From NCBI GenBank assembly GCA_036172245.1, contig JAYWIR010000008.1, positions 2,728,001 to 2,792,000 on the forward strand: 64,000 nucleotides of DNA. The letters run 5' to 3'. This document shows, one piece after another, positions 51,157 to 64,000 of the stretch. The stretch is from Raillietiella orientalis (Eukaryota). Within the stretch, counting starts at the first letter, position 1; the number at the start of each line of letters is the position of its first letter. The notes beneath the pieces were generated by a model that worked only from the letters and a program-made list of their open reading frames with translations, was not told the DNA's origin and made no database searches. Made by a program: the position numbers and the translations under genes.

Positions 51157-53169
51157 TAATTAAAATACCATAAAAAGTAACAATTGTCAACTCTGTCTAT
51201 TTCAATGTTTTGGTTGGTATCGGATCCTTATTTATGAGTTTAAGAAATGGGTTAATCATTTTAAGCATTGAAACATTGATAGAATTAATGAGTATTTTCA
51301 CCCACATTCAGAGACGAAAATAAGTTTCTAATTTATAAAGATCCTGGAGTCTGTTCTGCAATTTGAATCTTAATTTAATTAAGATTAGATCCAAGATTAG
51401 ATCATGCGATTTGGAAAAAATACGACTTTGAATAAGAATAACTGACCATGGAAACTTGATTACTGTTTACGTTTTCCATCTAAATGGATATCATTCCCAT
51501 ATATTTTATAATTTGTTTCTAAACTTATGTGCTTATGCTTTAGTGTGCATGCTTTTCGTGATTCCAATTTTTGAAAGGAGAAAGTTTGGAGATGCATTTG
51601 ATTATGCATTTCAACTCAAATTTAAAAGATCCTGCTGCTGTGTTGAATCATTTTAATCGAAATCTTCAGCATAACTCCAATTACATGTATGATTATTTAA
51701 TTATCCTATTATTGTTATTCACTGCAACTCGTATTTGTAGCACATTCAATTATGGGAAGAATGAGGCACGAGGGACAAAAAAAAAGAAATCATGATATAA
51801 TGTCGTACGATTTATCCACTGGATGTTTCGTTAGCAGTTACTAAAATTACATTTGGTTAATGGTTTTTAGAGTGTATCTTTCTCCAATGCTTTCTTAGAA
51901 CCAGAAATTAGAGAAAAAGGAAAACTGATTTGATTTGAGTAGCAGTTGCAATGTAACTGTATTTCATTCTCTTTCATTTATACCATCCTGAATGTGATCG
52001 TAGCAACCAGCAAATACAGCACCTATGCAGCACGCGTCCCAACGTTTCTGTTAAGCATTTTCATTTATCCACAAGCCCTTCGTTCGTCTTGGAGATTCTG
52101 TGAGGAGGCAAACGGAGAATACATACTGTAATGCTTGCGGGGAAACTGTTGTAGGAGCTTATTTCTGCATATTTTATTTTTCCCTTGAAAGATTGCATGA
52201 ATATACGTGAAGTTATCGTCGCAGCAGTCTCAGTAAAGCTCTGCACGATGGATGCTTTCAGTAAAAGATTAATGCCCTATCGCCGTTGGGTCCGCTGCAC
52301 TAAAGAGGCGATTACTCTCAGGCACCTCGGCCAGACTCCTTTCGATCAACAGTACTGAGCATAAATTTGTCGGATCAAGTTTTTTTCAGTCCTCAAAGTT
52401 TTTTCTCTATTCAGGATGTACTCAAGGGTATCGTTTCCTTCCATGCTATTATCTTGATTTGCTTTAGTATCTCTCGAAGCGGATCCCATTTGCCTCCCTG
52501 GAGTACCTTTGTGGATAGAATTTCTGTGCCTCGTACAGGCTTTCTACCTGAAACTTTTCCAAGTGCTTTCTATACTTTATTATCATTATTTTTATCAAAC
52601 GTTTGCGATGGCATCAGTGTGCTCTTGTTTTATTTACACTTCACGCATTTTGTAGTCAGTCCTAGTATTTTTATAGTAGGGATTGAGTCTCCAGGAACGG
52701 AACCACTACTTATAACGACCCCCTTATGAGAAATAAGGACAGCCTTCTTTTTCATAAGCATGGTCATCGCTGTCCACGGAACACATTGGTCTAAAGCCCG
52801 AAGTTCTGTATCTAAAAGCAACCGATCTTGTGTTTATTTGGGCGTGGAAACCATAATGTTGATTTTATGATGATTTCGTACGTTTCTTGGATCATTTTTT
52901 TAGCTCACTTACACCTGTATTTCGTCACCGACAAACTGAGAAATCACTCGCAGCATCATTCGACATGGGGTTTTGGACACATTTTGCGAACTTTAGCATT
53001 GTGAGCGGCGAAAAAGAGAAGCGACATTGTTCTTTCAAGAAGTCTTCCAACATATTATTAACAAACCAATTCTATTACAAGAAAGGTGTTTTTAAAACTT
53101 ATCGAGACAATGACAATTGCTTTCTTCTTCCTTTTTCCTTTTCCTGAGTGATTTGAGAGATTCAGACCT

Positions 53170-55030
53170 TGCCCACGGCGGGCCTAACTTTACGATGACA
53201 GTTGAGTCGGAGATGCGGGGTCCACGCACGACTTTGATCCGTTTCGTTCACCACCGACAACGATGCTCTCCTCGAGAATTCTCAGATTGCCCTGACACCC
53301 TCTGCAGTCCGCTTTCTGGGGCCTCCCACAATTTGGCGACGGGCTCTGCCAGAGGGAATATCTGAAGCCTCGAAACGGGATGACTGGCGTGCTCCAACGG
53401 GGCAATCTGGGCACCAGTTGCCTAGGAGGGCACTCGTTTTTTCTTCTGATCAGGTGAGCACGAAGTGATGCCGTTTCAGGGATTCATCCCGGAAACAGTG
53501 AGATTTGACGATACCTAACGAGGAACGTCCTGAAACGTGCCGTCAAGGAAAGTCATCCAGTCGACTTTCGTGGTTGCCGCCACCCCGTCCTGTTGTCCCT
53601 GACAACCCACTCGCCTATGAGCTACGTAACTCGACGTTTGATTCGTTCCGCCGCGCCAATTCTTCTGGCCCCGAACCGGAGTCTAGGAAGTTCCATTCTG
53701 TGATGCCCTCGGGAAAGAGACCACCCGTGCCGCCGCCTGGAGTCTGTGGATGCGGAAGGCGCGCGTCCTGAATTTCTTTCCCAGCATAACAGCCGCAAGA
53801 TGGTCTGAGACCGTCACTCTGTGCCTGATGCCTCGTTCCTCAGACACCTCGCTGGCTGTCAGTCCTCTGAGCCGTAGTATTGGAGACCAGATCACTCAGA
53901 CCTCTTTGACCTTCGCTTCCTGAGTGGCACCTCGAATCCAAGGTGTTCGGTTCTTTTACTTTGCTTTCCTTTTTAGATGCCTTCTAAGCGATGGACGACC
54001 CCGCCCTTCCGGGAGGCTTCTTGTCGATGCTGCTGCCGCCCAGCGCCGCCCAGGTTTGTGTGAACCCATCGCCTGATGTAAGGTGTTCCTGACCTCGATC
54101 TTCGAACCTCCCTCTCATCCCACGTCCCTGAGGAAGACCGAGCAAAGGGTGCCTGTGCCGCCGAACGAGGAAGGAGCCACCTTCCTCGAAGTGCGCCAGG
54201 CGTGGGGAAGTGAGGATCGTTCCCGCACCTGCCCATACGCCATGCTGCCCTTCGACGCTTTGGCAGCACTTAGCGGTCGCTCCAGAACCACTGCCACGTC
54301 GAGACGAGAGCTTCCCGCCTGGCCCATCGCGTGCACCCGCGGAGGCGTGGCTCTCGGACCGCCGCACGCGGAGCAGCTTTTGCGCCGCCTCCTCGGCGCC
54401 TGCGGGGTGGAGAGCAGCGGGCGCCCACAACTCTCCAGGATCACGAGCAGCCTGCCGCACAAGACGCGGACCGGAAACCCCGATCTACTTGCTTCCTCTC
54501 CCTTCTCCTCCCCTTCAGCTATCCGTTTCCATCCATCTCCCTTCCCTTTCGCTCCCTCTCCTCCTCTATGTCCGCCTCCAGGCCCGGCCTTGAGGCCTTC
54601 CTTGCTACTCACGCCGGCGCCACTGGACGCTGGGTCGCCTCTCTTCTACCGGTCGGCTGGGGAGGGCGAGTCCGAACTGTCGCAGGTGCGAGGAACGGGA
54701 ATCCCTCCCGCACTTGCTCATGGACTGTTGCCCTCTGGCCGGAACGTTTAGGAACGATCCCCCGACGGCAACCCCAGGGACGTTTTACGGCTCCTCTTTG
54801 TGCAGGATGCCCTGCAGCCAGCCGCAGTCCTAAAAGTGCTTTGTTGCATCCGCGGGATTGTGGCGGCCTGGAGCGAAGCCGACGGTGGAAGAAGCAAGAG
54901 GGAGGCCGTCCAATTCACAGTTCGCTTCCTGCGGATTGCGGCCAGATGGTTCCATCTGGGACCAATTCGGATGGACCTAGCTGGAGGGAGCCTGCATCCT
55001 TTCCAGCGGACAGTGATCCCTTCCCGACCC
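53170..55030 (+). mobile_element. Decayed DIRS-like (tyrosine recombinase) retrotransposon fragments
   Basis: ENSQIALTPSAVRFLG (RT-like). KTEQ...CPYAML...LRRLLGACG and a second piece IHS...SWREPASF resemble YR C-termini. Heavily frameshifted. Confidence 0.45.
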
Positions 55031-55739
55031 TACAGAGTGTTTTTATTTATTTTTACTTAGTCTTTATTTTTTTTTTTTTTCCTCTTTTCCCTGTCCACTG
55101 CCGAGGGGAGTCCTGCCGGTCTGCGCACCAGCTACCCGGCTGATCCACGGTAGAATTGGTGGTGGTGAAGCTTCGTACTCCATCACGATAGCTGTGGGTT
55201 TATTTTGATTAATGAACGCCCCGGTATGACCGGGTGGCAGCGCCCGGTCCGTGAGCTGGCTAATGGTGCCCCAAGTATCCCAGAAGCTCCGCGCTCCCGC
55301 GCCTGCGTCCGCAGGAAAGGAAGTCCGCGGCGGGCGAGAGGAAATGGGAAATGGAATCTCCGCGGAATGGAGGTCCTCGAGCACGTCCGGCGGCAGGGGT
55401 GTTTCGGCAGTGACGTCACCAGGCGCAACACCGTGGCTTCGCGCCTGCAAAAGCTGGAATCTTAGGGGAGGCGAAAAACAGAAGGAAGGGGGGGACGAAA
55501 ATGAGGGAAGGAATCTGGAAACCAGGTACTTCCGTTTCCTGGAAGAAAGCCATGAGAACCGGGATGGATATTTGATGCTCTTCTGCCGGTCGGATGGAGA
55601 GGCCACACCCACGATGCAGGGACGGGAAGCGGCAGGAGGCCCACCCTGTCTTCCGGCCTCGTGCATCTCGTGGAGGGAGAACGCGGTCACGAGGCACGGG
55701 GATGTGAGGCTTCGAGACCTCCTTCATGCTCCAGCAGGT

Positions 55740-57800
55740 GGGGAAGAGGGGTTGCCAGGGCGATGCTTCGAAGGTCCAGAGCCCCTCCTCCACAGGGCAG
55801 ACGATCGAGCGGGGTCTGACAGGGGTGGAAACCTCCCTTCGCTCCCTCCTCCCTAAATGAGTGCGGTGCCCGTGAGGCGGCAGCAGGTCTTTCCACGACC
55901 TCGCCGAGGTTGCAGCTGCCGCGCTTTTCCCTGAAGCAGCGGGCTAGTCGGGCGCAAACCCGCCCAGGAGATAGTCGGTCAAGAGGCAGGCTCGGCTCCT
56001 GCAGACCCGAGCGGGCGAAGTCTCCGCGTCCGTTGTGAAGAGCAGCTTGGAAGCGGCCGCCAGGGCGCCCGGGGCGTGGTTCCCTGAGCGCCATGCAACA
56101 GAGGACGCAGTCAGTACTCCAGAGCAGCTCCTGGAAGAGCGGTTCCGCCGGGCGGGCTCGATCCTCTGCGCGTCCGAGGGGAGGGGAAGGAGATCGGTGA
56201 GCGACCAGGAGACCGCCGCATTTCTCCCGAGCGGGGGCGGGGAGTCGGCGGGTCAGAAGGAGAGGGGAAGGGGGAAGCGGAAACCGAGCTCTGGGGGTTC
56301 CGCACTCCAGGGGTGGAGGTGGCGTTTCTCCCCGGTAGGTAGGGAACCTTGCGGATCGCGCAGGTCGACCCGCCAAACAGTCCAAGGAGTCACCCTGAGT
56401 GACCTCTTCTCCTCCTCCCCTCCCCTTGTCACCGCACCGCACGAACCGCGAGGAAGGTCAGTGAGCGTCCCACTGTCCTCTTTCGCGTTCTTCCGCTCAC
56501 CGAAGTAGCGGAGGACCACGGAGGGTCTTTCCAGGTTCGTGGCGCGCGCACGCAGCGCGGGAGGTCCTGGTCAAGGTCCAGGGGCCACCCGGGGCGGACC
56601 CGTCAGCGAGATCCCGCATTGTTCTGGCAAAGGCAAGTTCTGCCCGACGAGTGCTGCCACCCGCTCGGAGGCCCACGGGAGGCGTGCAAAGGCAGCGCTC
56701 CGAGGTTGCATCCGCTCTCGCCTTCCACGGGTGGTGAGCACAGCCGGTCACCCAGGTCAATGGATTCCACGCCCTGCGGCCACTCTCGGAGCTTCGTCCC
56801 TCGCTCGAGGCCGTGGTACCGCGAAGGTCCTTTCCTTGGGTGATGGCCCAGTCTGTGTCTCCCGAAAATTCCTGAGAGGCCCGTTCTGGTGCACACCACC
56901 TCCCCTCCCGATGTGCACTCGACCACCGCTTGGAGATCCTCTCAGCACTTCGCGGTCTGGAACCCTGGCGACGGTCTGCAGGGTTGACTCTGACGCGCTC
57001 TTCGCGAAGCATGACGGCTGACAACCGCCAGCTCCCGAGCACGTAAAGGTTCGTTCGCTTCAACCTGGGATGCTCCCAGTCAGTTGCCATGGCCTCACGA
57101 GTGATGACACGAGTGGCCGCCGCAAACTCTCGGGGTGACGAAGCCCTGCCGGTGGAGTGGCTCGTCTGCCCACTCGACGGAGTCGAGACCCGTCTTTCCG
57201 CTCCTCCCAGCCGTCCGAACATACATCTCCCGCAATAATGTCCGTCGAGCAGCAGACGTGAAGTTCCAAGCCTCTAGGCCTCAACATTAAACGTTCCTCC
57301 ATGGTGTTCTTCAAGGGATGGCCCCCTACGTGCTCCACATTTCAGCAGACGGAGTCTCGAGCGAATAGCCCTTGGGGTATTCAGATGCCCCAGAAGATCA
57401 TTCAGGGCACCTGGAAGAGTGGGGTCCCAGTTCCCGGTTGGATCCAGGCACGCCTCCATTCTCGCGGAGACTGCGTGCCACGCTTCAGCTTCCCGTGATG
57501 GTGTCCGGCGGGTAGCAGGGGATCATCAACGCAATAGATGCCCAAAGGTTCCGTTCTCTTCGAGGCCAGCGGCGCGACGAAAGACGACCTTCTGATGATC
57601 CATCACCACAGTGGCCAGGATTCCGGTAGCAGCAGAATTTCTTCGCAGAGAGAGCTGCGAAACATCAGAGACCTCAGACCCAAGCTGGGATCGCATTCGA
57701 ACACAGCTACTACAGGGTTTTCCTGATGAATGCCTTAAATCCTGCGCATAGCTCCTTCGACACGCCCATCGTCAGAGATTCACTTGCGGCACGCAGCCAT
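55740..57800 (-). mobile_element. Decayed DIRS/Ngaro-like retrotransposon
   Basis: Minus-strand order: GIYCVDDPLL (YxDD-like RT), NPADRRQ (RNase H-like), then YR signature PHSFREEGA at ~55850 followed by G-x-W. Confidence 0.55.
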
Positions 57801-58689
57801 TGAGAGCCAGCCAAGGGGAACGCACCAGTGGTGCCCAGCAGTCATTTCCCGTTTTTTCAGCTTTCCCATTTCCAGTGCCATGGCTCCCGGCATTCAGCGC
57901 CGATTTCTTCACTCATCGGTGGCGCCCAGAAGTCTTTTCCCGTTCTTCCGGCGTTCCCGTTTTCCGTTGCATGGCCTCCTCCAGAGGGAGTTACGTGCAC
58001 CAAACAGGAAGCCTTGAGGCATTTGCAGGCTGACCGGCGCAACGATCTTGGTTCGCAGTCGGAGACGCAAAACCCAAAGCTGCTGCACTCGAGACTCTAG
58101 TAGTTGCCCTCCGACAAGACACTGGAACAGGCCGGACAGCAATCTTCGTGCGTGAGCTCCCAAGTGAGTACGGGTTCTTCGACCGGGGACGAGGTGCCCG
58201 CCCTCAGGTTATGGCTGGCGGGAGACTCTCTGACCGATGCTGGCGTCCCTCTATCGAGGCAAAGAGAGAAGGGCAGGTCATCCGCCGCTTCCCCTCATCC
58301 TTCCGCCGTGCCTCTTTTAGGGATCCAACAGGAGAGTCCTAGGGGAGAGCGACATACGCTGCTTTCCCATCATCCCGGGGCGTCGGGGTCGCCTCGCCTT
58401 TCCATGACCGCTTTCCCGTTCCGGACGCGGAGGCTGGAGACGTGGTTGAGGAGTTCACAGGATGGCGCTGCCCCGCAAGAAGCGACTGGCTTTTCGCGGG
58501 ACAGAGTCTCAGGTCCTGGACTCTGGTCAGGATATAGTCCAATGCACGGTGCTGCCCCGAGCGGGACGAGTGGCGTTCCCTGCTCCCGGGCGCCCTTGTA
58601 GGTGTGCTTCCCTGCCCTTCTGTTCTAAAAACTGCGCCTCAGCGGCGATCCTGGATGCCGGCTCCTCTCTTCTGAGATTTGCTGCTGCT

Positions 58690-60800
58690 TGGTGGACTTT
58701 GAAGGGAATGACTCCCGGGGCCGAATGGCCCTCCCGGGGTGGCAAGCACGCGAGTTTGCCGCACCGCTCCTCAAGGTCAAGTCGGTCGAGCTACGTGGGG
58801 TGCGGGGCTCGGGGAGGACTCGGGAAGGGCCCGACGCTTCGGGGAACCGCCGCGCTCTTCCCTGGGCGAGGAGGTCAGCTTCCGGCTGACAACGGGATTT
58901 CTGGTCCCTTTCGGCATCGCTTTCCTCGCTGGCCAGGACTGTGCCGCTCCGATTCGCACCCCACCCACCGAACCGGGAAGCTGGGGGAGGGAAGGAAACT
59001 CGAACGGTTTCGAGCGTCATCAGCCTAATCCATGGAAGCGCGCCCAAGGCGATCCTTATGCCGAAAGGGTGGAAGGATGATTGGGTGCGAATCGCCTCCG
59101 AGCCGAGGAAATGTCGGTTCACGGGTCGCTTGAAACGAGGAGCCATGGTGACACCGACACCGTGTGGAGCCACCTGGAGGGAACTGCTGAATGCCATGGG
59201 TCCCTCGCTCCGCAGGTCTTCGGAGGAGCCGCGCCCCGTAACGAAGCGCTCAGCCGTCCGAAAGGCCGGGGTCATCGGAAGGTGCCGCGCCTGAGAGGCT
59301 TAGCAGGCAGCGTCCTTCCTTCCGGTTCTTGGAGGGATCAGCGGCGGAGGTCTCGAGGCGCCGTTACCATGGTGACCTCACAAGCGATCTGTCGCATTCC
59401 TGCCTCCGAACCTGGAACGGAGATCAACCACAGTCCACCCCGGAGGCAGAGAATCGGTCGATAGGGGAAGTAAGTCCCTCGACTCCTCTTGCCGTCCACC
59501 TCCTGGAATGCCGCATCCCTTCGAAGGGGCCGATTCCCCGTGATCATCCTGGAAACCGGGGAGTTCGGCGGGTCATCCCAGGGTTCCGCCTCGGGAAAAG
59601 CGGCAGAACCGCACAAATCGTGGAGAACTGGGCGAGGTCAGGCGTCTCACAAGCGGTGCCTGGGGGTGCCCTCCTTTCTACACGCAGGATTCTCGAGTGG
59701 GAATGGAGGCGTTTCCATAGCACAGAAGACTGCCGGTCATCTCCCGAACCCAACCGACCCCTCTCTTAGACGAGGCCGAAGTCTCCTGCCTATGGACCCG
59801 CTCCTCGGACGCAGGCGCTAGGCGCCAGGAGGCTTCGCTAGGGACGGACCCGACGCCGCCGTTTCCTGGCAGCGCAACTGCACTTGGAAACCGCGACTCC
59901 TGGAGCCAGAGGAGCCTGTCGAGGAGGGAGGGACTTCGTCCCGGAAGGGGAGGGACTCCGGAGTGGGCGCCCGCGACAGCCTTGTTGTGAGACGGCCTCC
60001 AAGAGCCCCCCGGCATTCTCTCGGTCTAAGCCGACTCCTCCTTGACCTTCGCAACTGCCGGAGAACATCCCAGGATTTCTGAGGAGCGCCCCGAAGCTCT
60101 GGAGGAACCATCCCAGCGCAGGGTCGGCGGTTCGCCGTGGTCCTCCGCGACGGAGAAAACAGGGCCAACCGGAATGGCTTGAACTTGAAACTCGACTCAC
60201 GGTTCAACCGAGATCCAATCCGCCGTTCGATGACAGCATCTCGCCGGAGACTCCAGGCTGGTTTCACGGCGCCATCATCCGACTGGTAGCTGAGCGCCAG
60301 CTGAAGTGCCCACAGAGAAGTTTCTTCCTGAGAGATAGCGAGACCAGGACACACCCGACGCATCCCCTGACCCCGAAGAGTCCGAGGGTTTCCTGCACAC
60401 TCGGATGTGCCAGGTCGAGCGGAGTAGCATGTGCATTCCCGGGCAGAGCTCGGAGCCATCCCAGACCATTCCAGAGATTCTGGAACGCTACTCCCGGTAC
60501 CGGCTTCCCATCGAAGGAGCTGGGCATGTCGTTCTGGGGAGTTGTTTGGCCTGTGGGAAGTCGCCTGCTGTGAGCCGGAGGGAACCGACCGACGGCGAAT
60601 CAGAACGATCCTCCAGCAGTCTTCTGCCGAGAAGGCAGGTGGTGGTGGTCGCTCCTGGACGGTGGTACTGACGAAAGTCGCCGGTGCGAAACGCCGTACG
60701 TGTCCTGCCCGAAGTTCATGTTCTTCAACAAGGAGTCGGTTGTCAGGGGTACCGGTTCGGATCGCGGTGGCTGGCGCTCCAGAGCAAACACTGGAGGCAA
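58690..60800 (+). mobile_element. Decayed DIRS-like retrotransposon
   Basis: LVPFGI and WKDDWV...ELLNAMG (RT motifs), later GWFHGAI, ILERY and RGGWRSRA (YR-like), in order on the plus strand. Confidence 0.5.
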
Positions 60801-61258
60801 AGGTCAAAGAGGAAGAAGGACCGTCTCTCTTCCTCTTTTTGGAGGCGATGGGAATTTTGCCTGGGTAAGCTCTGGCACGGATTTAGAGAGGCCTCTCCCG
60901 CCTCTTCTCGAGGAAAAAGGGGGGATAGGGAGCGCTGGAACCCGTTTGTCCGACATGTCTTTGGTCCCTCTTGATTCTGGAAACCTTCGGCGTGCCTCCG
61001 AGCCTCCTCGGGAGCACTGCCGTCCACAGAGCTACCCCCAACAAGCGGACACGTTGCTCCGGCGGAAAGATTTTATTAAAACGTGGTGGGGAGGGCCTGG
61101 CCTCGGGGGAAGGGCGCTTTGCCGCGAGACCTGGGGGAGCTGGGAGCTGGGGAAAGAATTCCCTCCAGCCTTCCACCATGACTCGCGGGGGAGAGAGGAC
61201 GGGTGGGTGGTCAGGGTGGTATGGATTTGTCGGGTTTCGTGCTGCCGCGCTGGGGTCC

Positions 61259-64000
61259 TCAGAGATCCTCCAGGCGGGATAGCAGCTCGTCCAGGAGTCT
61301 CTCGTACTCGGCGCGCCTCTTCGGCGGAGGGTCGGTGTCCCCGCGCGCCCCCCACATCAGTCGAAGGAGGAAGGGGGTCCGGAAGAGATCCAACACGAGA
61401 TCTTCGAGGGGTGCACCCTCCAGCACGATCTCGGCGTTCCTCCGGTACGCGGTCCAGCGCTGAGCGTGCAGCCGCATCCTGTTCAGGTGGCGCAGCACGG
61501 AGTCCACTCCGAACCCGGGGGACGTCAGCTCCCATGGGAACAGCTCGCCGTCTTCCCCTCGCTGCTCGTAGAGCCTCAGGAAGGGCGCCACGTGGGGGAC
61601 GGTGGTGTTTGGGGGGTACTCGTAGGACCCCCGGTCGAGATCCCTGGAGTCCCGGCGCAGCTGCGATTCGAGCTCGCAGGCGGACTCTGTGAAGTGCTGG
61701 CGCAGAGCCTGCCACGTCCTGGACAGCTGTTGCGTCTGGAGGATGGAAGGAAGAAGAGGGGGGAAGGGAGAAGGAGGAGGAGGAGGAGGGGGGACCCGCG
61801 TCCAAGAAGGGAGCGGCGGGTCTTTGCGTCAACCAACCTGAGGCATGTTGAGTCCTGCCACCAGGGCGCTGAAGGCGAACAGGTCGCCCGTGGCCGTCTT
61901 TAGCTCCGAAGCCACCTGGATCCACTTGTGGACGAGCAGCGTCCTCTCTTCGTCTGCCGGCCCCAGAATGACCGTCGTTGCCACGAAGCACCTCAGGCAC
62001 TCCCACCTGCGTGCCGCCGCCGCCGCCGCCGGGGTAGCGGGAAGAGGGAATGGAGGAGCAGCAGCCACAGCAGCGGCGAGGAAGGAGAAGAGGAGAGGAG
62101 CGGCCGCTCAACCCCGATCTCGCTGAGATCATTCCCCCCTCCGGTCCTTGCCTTTCGAGCAGGTTGGCGCGTGCACCACTCCCCTCGGGCAGGGTGAGGG
62201 CGTCCGGCCCTCCGGAGCATCCGTGCAGAGCGTCGGCGTCGACCTTGGTCAGGTGGGACGCCAGCAGCCGCGGCGCGCGGCGCAGCAGGTTGCTGCGGAT
62301 GCCGTCGAGAAGGAGTCTGTCCGGGGCGGCTAGAGCCCCTCCGGGAAAGGAGGAGGAGGATGAAGAGGAGGAGGAGGAAGGGTCGACGACGGAGCACGGA
62401 GGTGGCAGCTCGGGCGCTCCCGCACCCTCTGCGGGAGGTGGGGGGTGGGGGCGGTCGGTGGTGGACTCTGACGACCCAATCCCGGAGTCGCTTCCCGCGG
62501 AAGGAGGGGTCGAGGGTTCCTTGCAGGGGGAGGAAGAGGGGGAGGAGGAGAAGGGGGGAGGGGAAGATGATCCCCGCAGGAGCAGCCTGTCCAGGGAGGC
62601 GCACCGCCCAGGGGAAGGCAGTACCGCTCGCTCCCTTCTCCAGCTCCCGGTGTGCGCGCCCCCACGCCCGTTTGGACAAGGCAGCGACCCGCGTCCTCTG
62701 GGAGGCAGCGCCGGAGGAGCCTGGGCTCCACCTTCCCCCAGGGGGGGGGCGAACTCCGCCAGACCATAGCCGGGCGATGCCCCCCAGGAAGTTCCGTCCA
62801 CCGAGTAAAGGTCGTACCGCAGTCGGGAGTCCGCGCAGGCGCTCAGCGGGTGCGAGCGGTTGCGTGGGCGCCCGACCCGCACCCCTTGGGAGACGGCCCG
62901 GCCCCCGCCCGCGTAGTGGGTGACGAGGGCGCCGACAGAGCCGAAGCTCTCCCTGCCTCCGCCCAGGGTGTACTCCACGGTCTCGTATACGGTGCCCGGG
63001 TGCCTGGTCACCTGGAAGGAGCGGGAGGGGGCCTGCTGGAGGTAGCATCGCCGTCCTTACCCTGCTGATGACGAAGTGCAGCGCCCGCTGGCTGAAGCGG
63101 CAGGACAGAACGAAGTTCCCCGGCCGGGACGTGCAATCGCGGACCAGGAAATCGCCGTCCTCCAGCAGCTGCTCCTCCGCCCTCTGGCGGGGAATGGTCC
63201 CATGATACCAAGCACAGCTCCGCAGGTCGTCACTCCCGAGGCGCAGCTCCCACCGCAAGATCTCGTCCGCGAGGCGGCAGGCGGCCGCGTCGTCGCCGTC
63301 GCCGTGGTGCTGCCGCTGGCGCACCGGAAGGAGGAGGAGAAACAGATGTTAGCCCCAGGGCAAGAGGAGGAGGAGGAATGGGGAAGGATGGGAGGAGGAG
63401 GAGGAAGAGGGAGGAGAAGGTGATGGAAGAGGAGGGAGAGGGAGGAGTCTTCCCCCGCGCACGAGGGTGCTCGCGCCCCGGCAGTGGGGGCGAGAGAAAC
63501 AGCGAAAAGAGCGGCAAAAGGGAACTCACCATGAAGAGCCGCTGACGACGCGAGCGAGAGCTGGGGATTGGGGACGGAGGGGGGGTGCAGGGAGGGGAGA
63601 CGGACAGACCACTTCGGACGGGGAGGAAGGGAGGGGGGGGGGCGGATGCACTCACGCCTCCTCCGCTACGCCCTCGCTCTCTTCCCTTCCTCTTCCGAGG
63701 AGAAGCCCCGCCTCTTCGGGACTGCGAGACTTCGGGGACGGAGGTTTCTGTTGCCCCGGGCACCTGCGCCACGGCAGGCAGGCCGCGGGGTTTTTGGCGG
63801 CGACGACGGCAGCGCTTCCCCGAGCGAGCAGCTGCTGGTCTCGCGGCGGCCGACTGGTCTGCGCCTCCGGTCTGTTTGCGCAGGCGCCGCGCTGCGGATC
63901 GATCGAGGGGGTTTCAAAAGCGTGCGCTCCGCGCCGCCGCAGCCGCCGGATCTCCTGCTCAGCCTCTTCGACTGCTCCCTCAGAAAGGAGGACCGGGGAG
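61259..64000 (-). CDS. BCAR3: BCAR3/SHEP1 (NSP family) homolog: SH2 domain plus C-terminal RasGEF/Cdc25-like domain; 5' end outside window
   Basis: Exons (>64000)-63656, 63560-63530, 63315-63061, 63011-62152, 62006-61838 and 61735-61259. SH2: DLRSCAWYHGTIPRQRAEEQLLEDGDFLVRDCTSRPGNFVLS. GEF-like: HKWIQVASELKTATGDLFAFSAL, NTTVPHV, FLLRLMWGARG...LSRLE. AATAAA on the minus strand at ~61072. The two 5'-most exons are less certain. Confidence 0.9.

Noticed and set aside
61032..63011. 659-aa ORF as a single gene
   Set aside because: Only 63011-62152 is in the BCAR3 frame; the rest reads through introns and out-of-frame exons.
1..64000. CRISPR arrays, rRNA genes, prokaryotic operons
   Set aside because: No regularly spaced repeats or rRNA sequence seen; genes have spliceosomal introns.

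Overview
Eukaryotic, most likely arthropod, genomic DNA with four spliced protein-coding genes, all on the minus strand. (1) The first three coding exons of SCAI (~14.9-15.7 kb); the rest was not found in the window. (2) A secreted GH20 beta-N-acetylhexosaminidase whose probable 80-nt signal-peptide exon (~37.0 kb) lies across a 16.4-kb intron from one 1.8-kb catalytic exon (18.7-20.5 kb). (3) A compact four-exon TMCO6-like ARM protein (49.4-50.9 kb). (4) A BCAR3/NSP-family SH2 + RasGEF-like gene running off the right edge (61.3->64 kb). The remainder holds decayed mobile elements: an APE-LINE, a NeSL/Utopia-like REL element, Penelope-like relics and a cluster of DIRS-like tyrosine-recombinase retroelements. 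The most interesting signals are non-coding. A dispersed family of tRNA-headed, strongly diverged elements keeps an extensively base-paired fold in most copies. A duplicated ~145-nt two-hairpin ncRNA candidate brackets TMCO6. There is also a near-perfect 374-bp inverted repeat and a sharp AT-rich/CpG-poor versus GC-rich mosaic. Most long ORFs in the supplied track are spurious GC-rich frames. All pairings and motif matches were read by eye.
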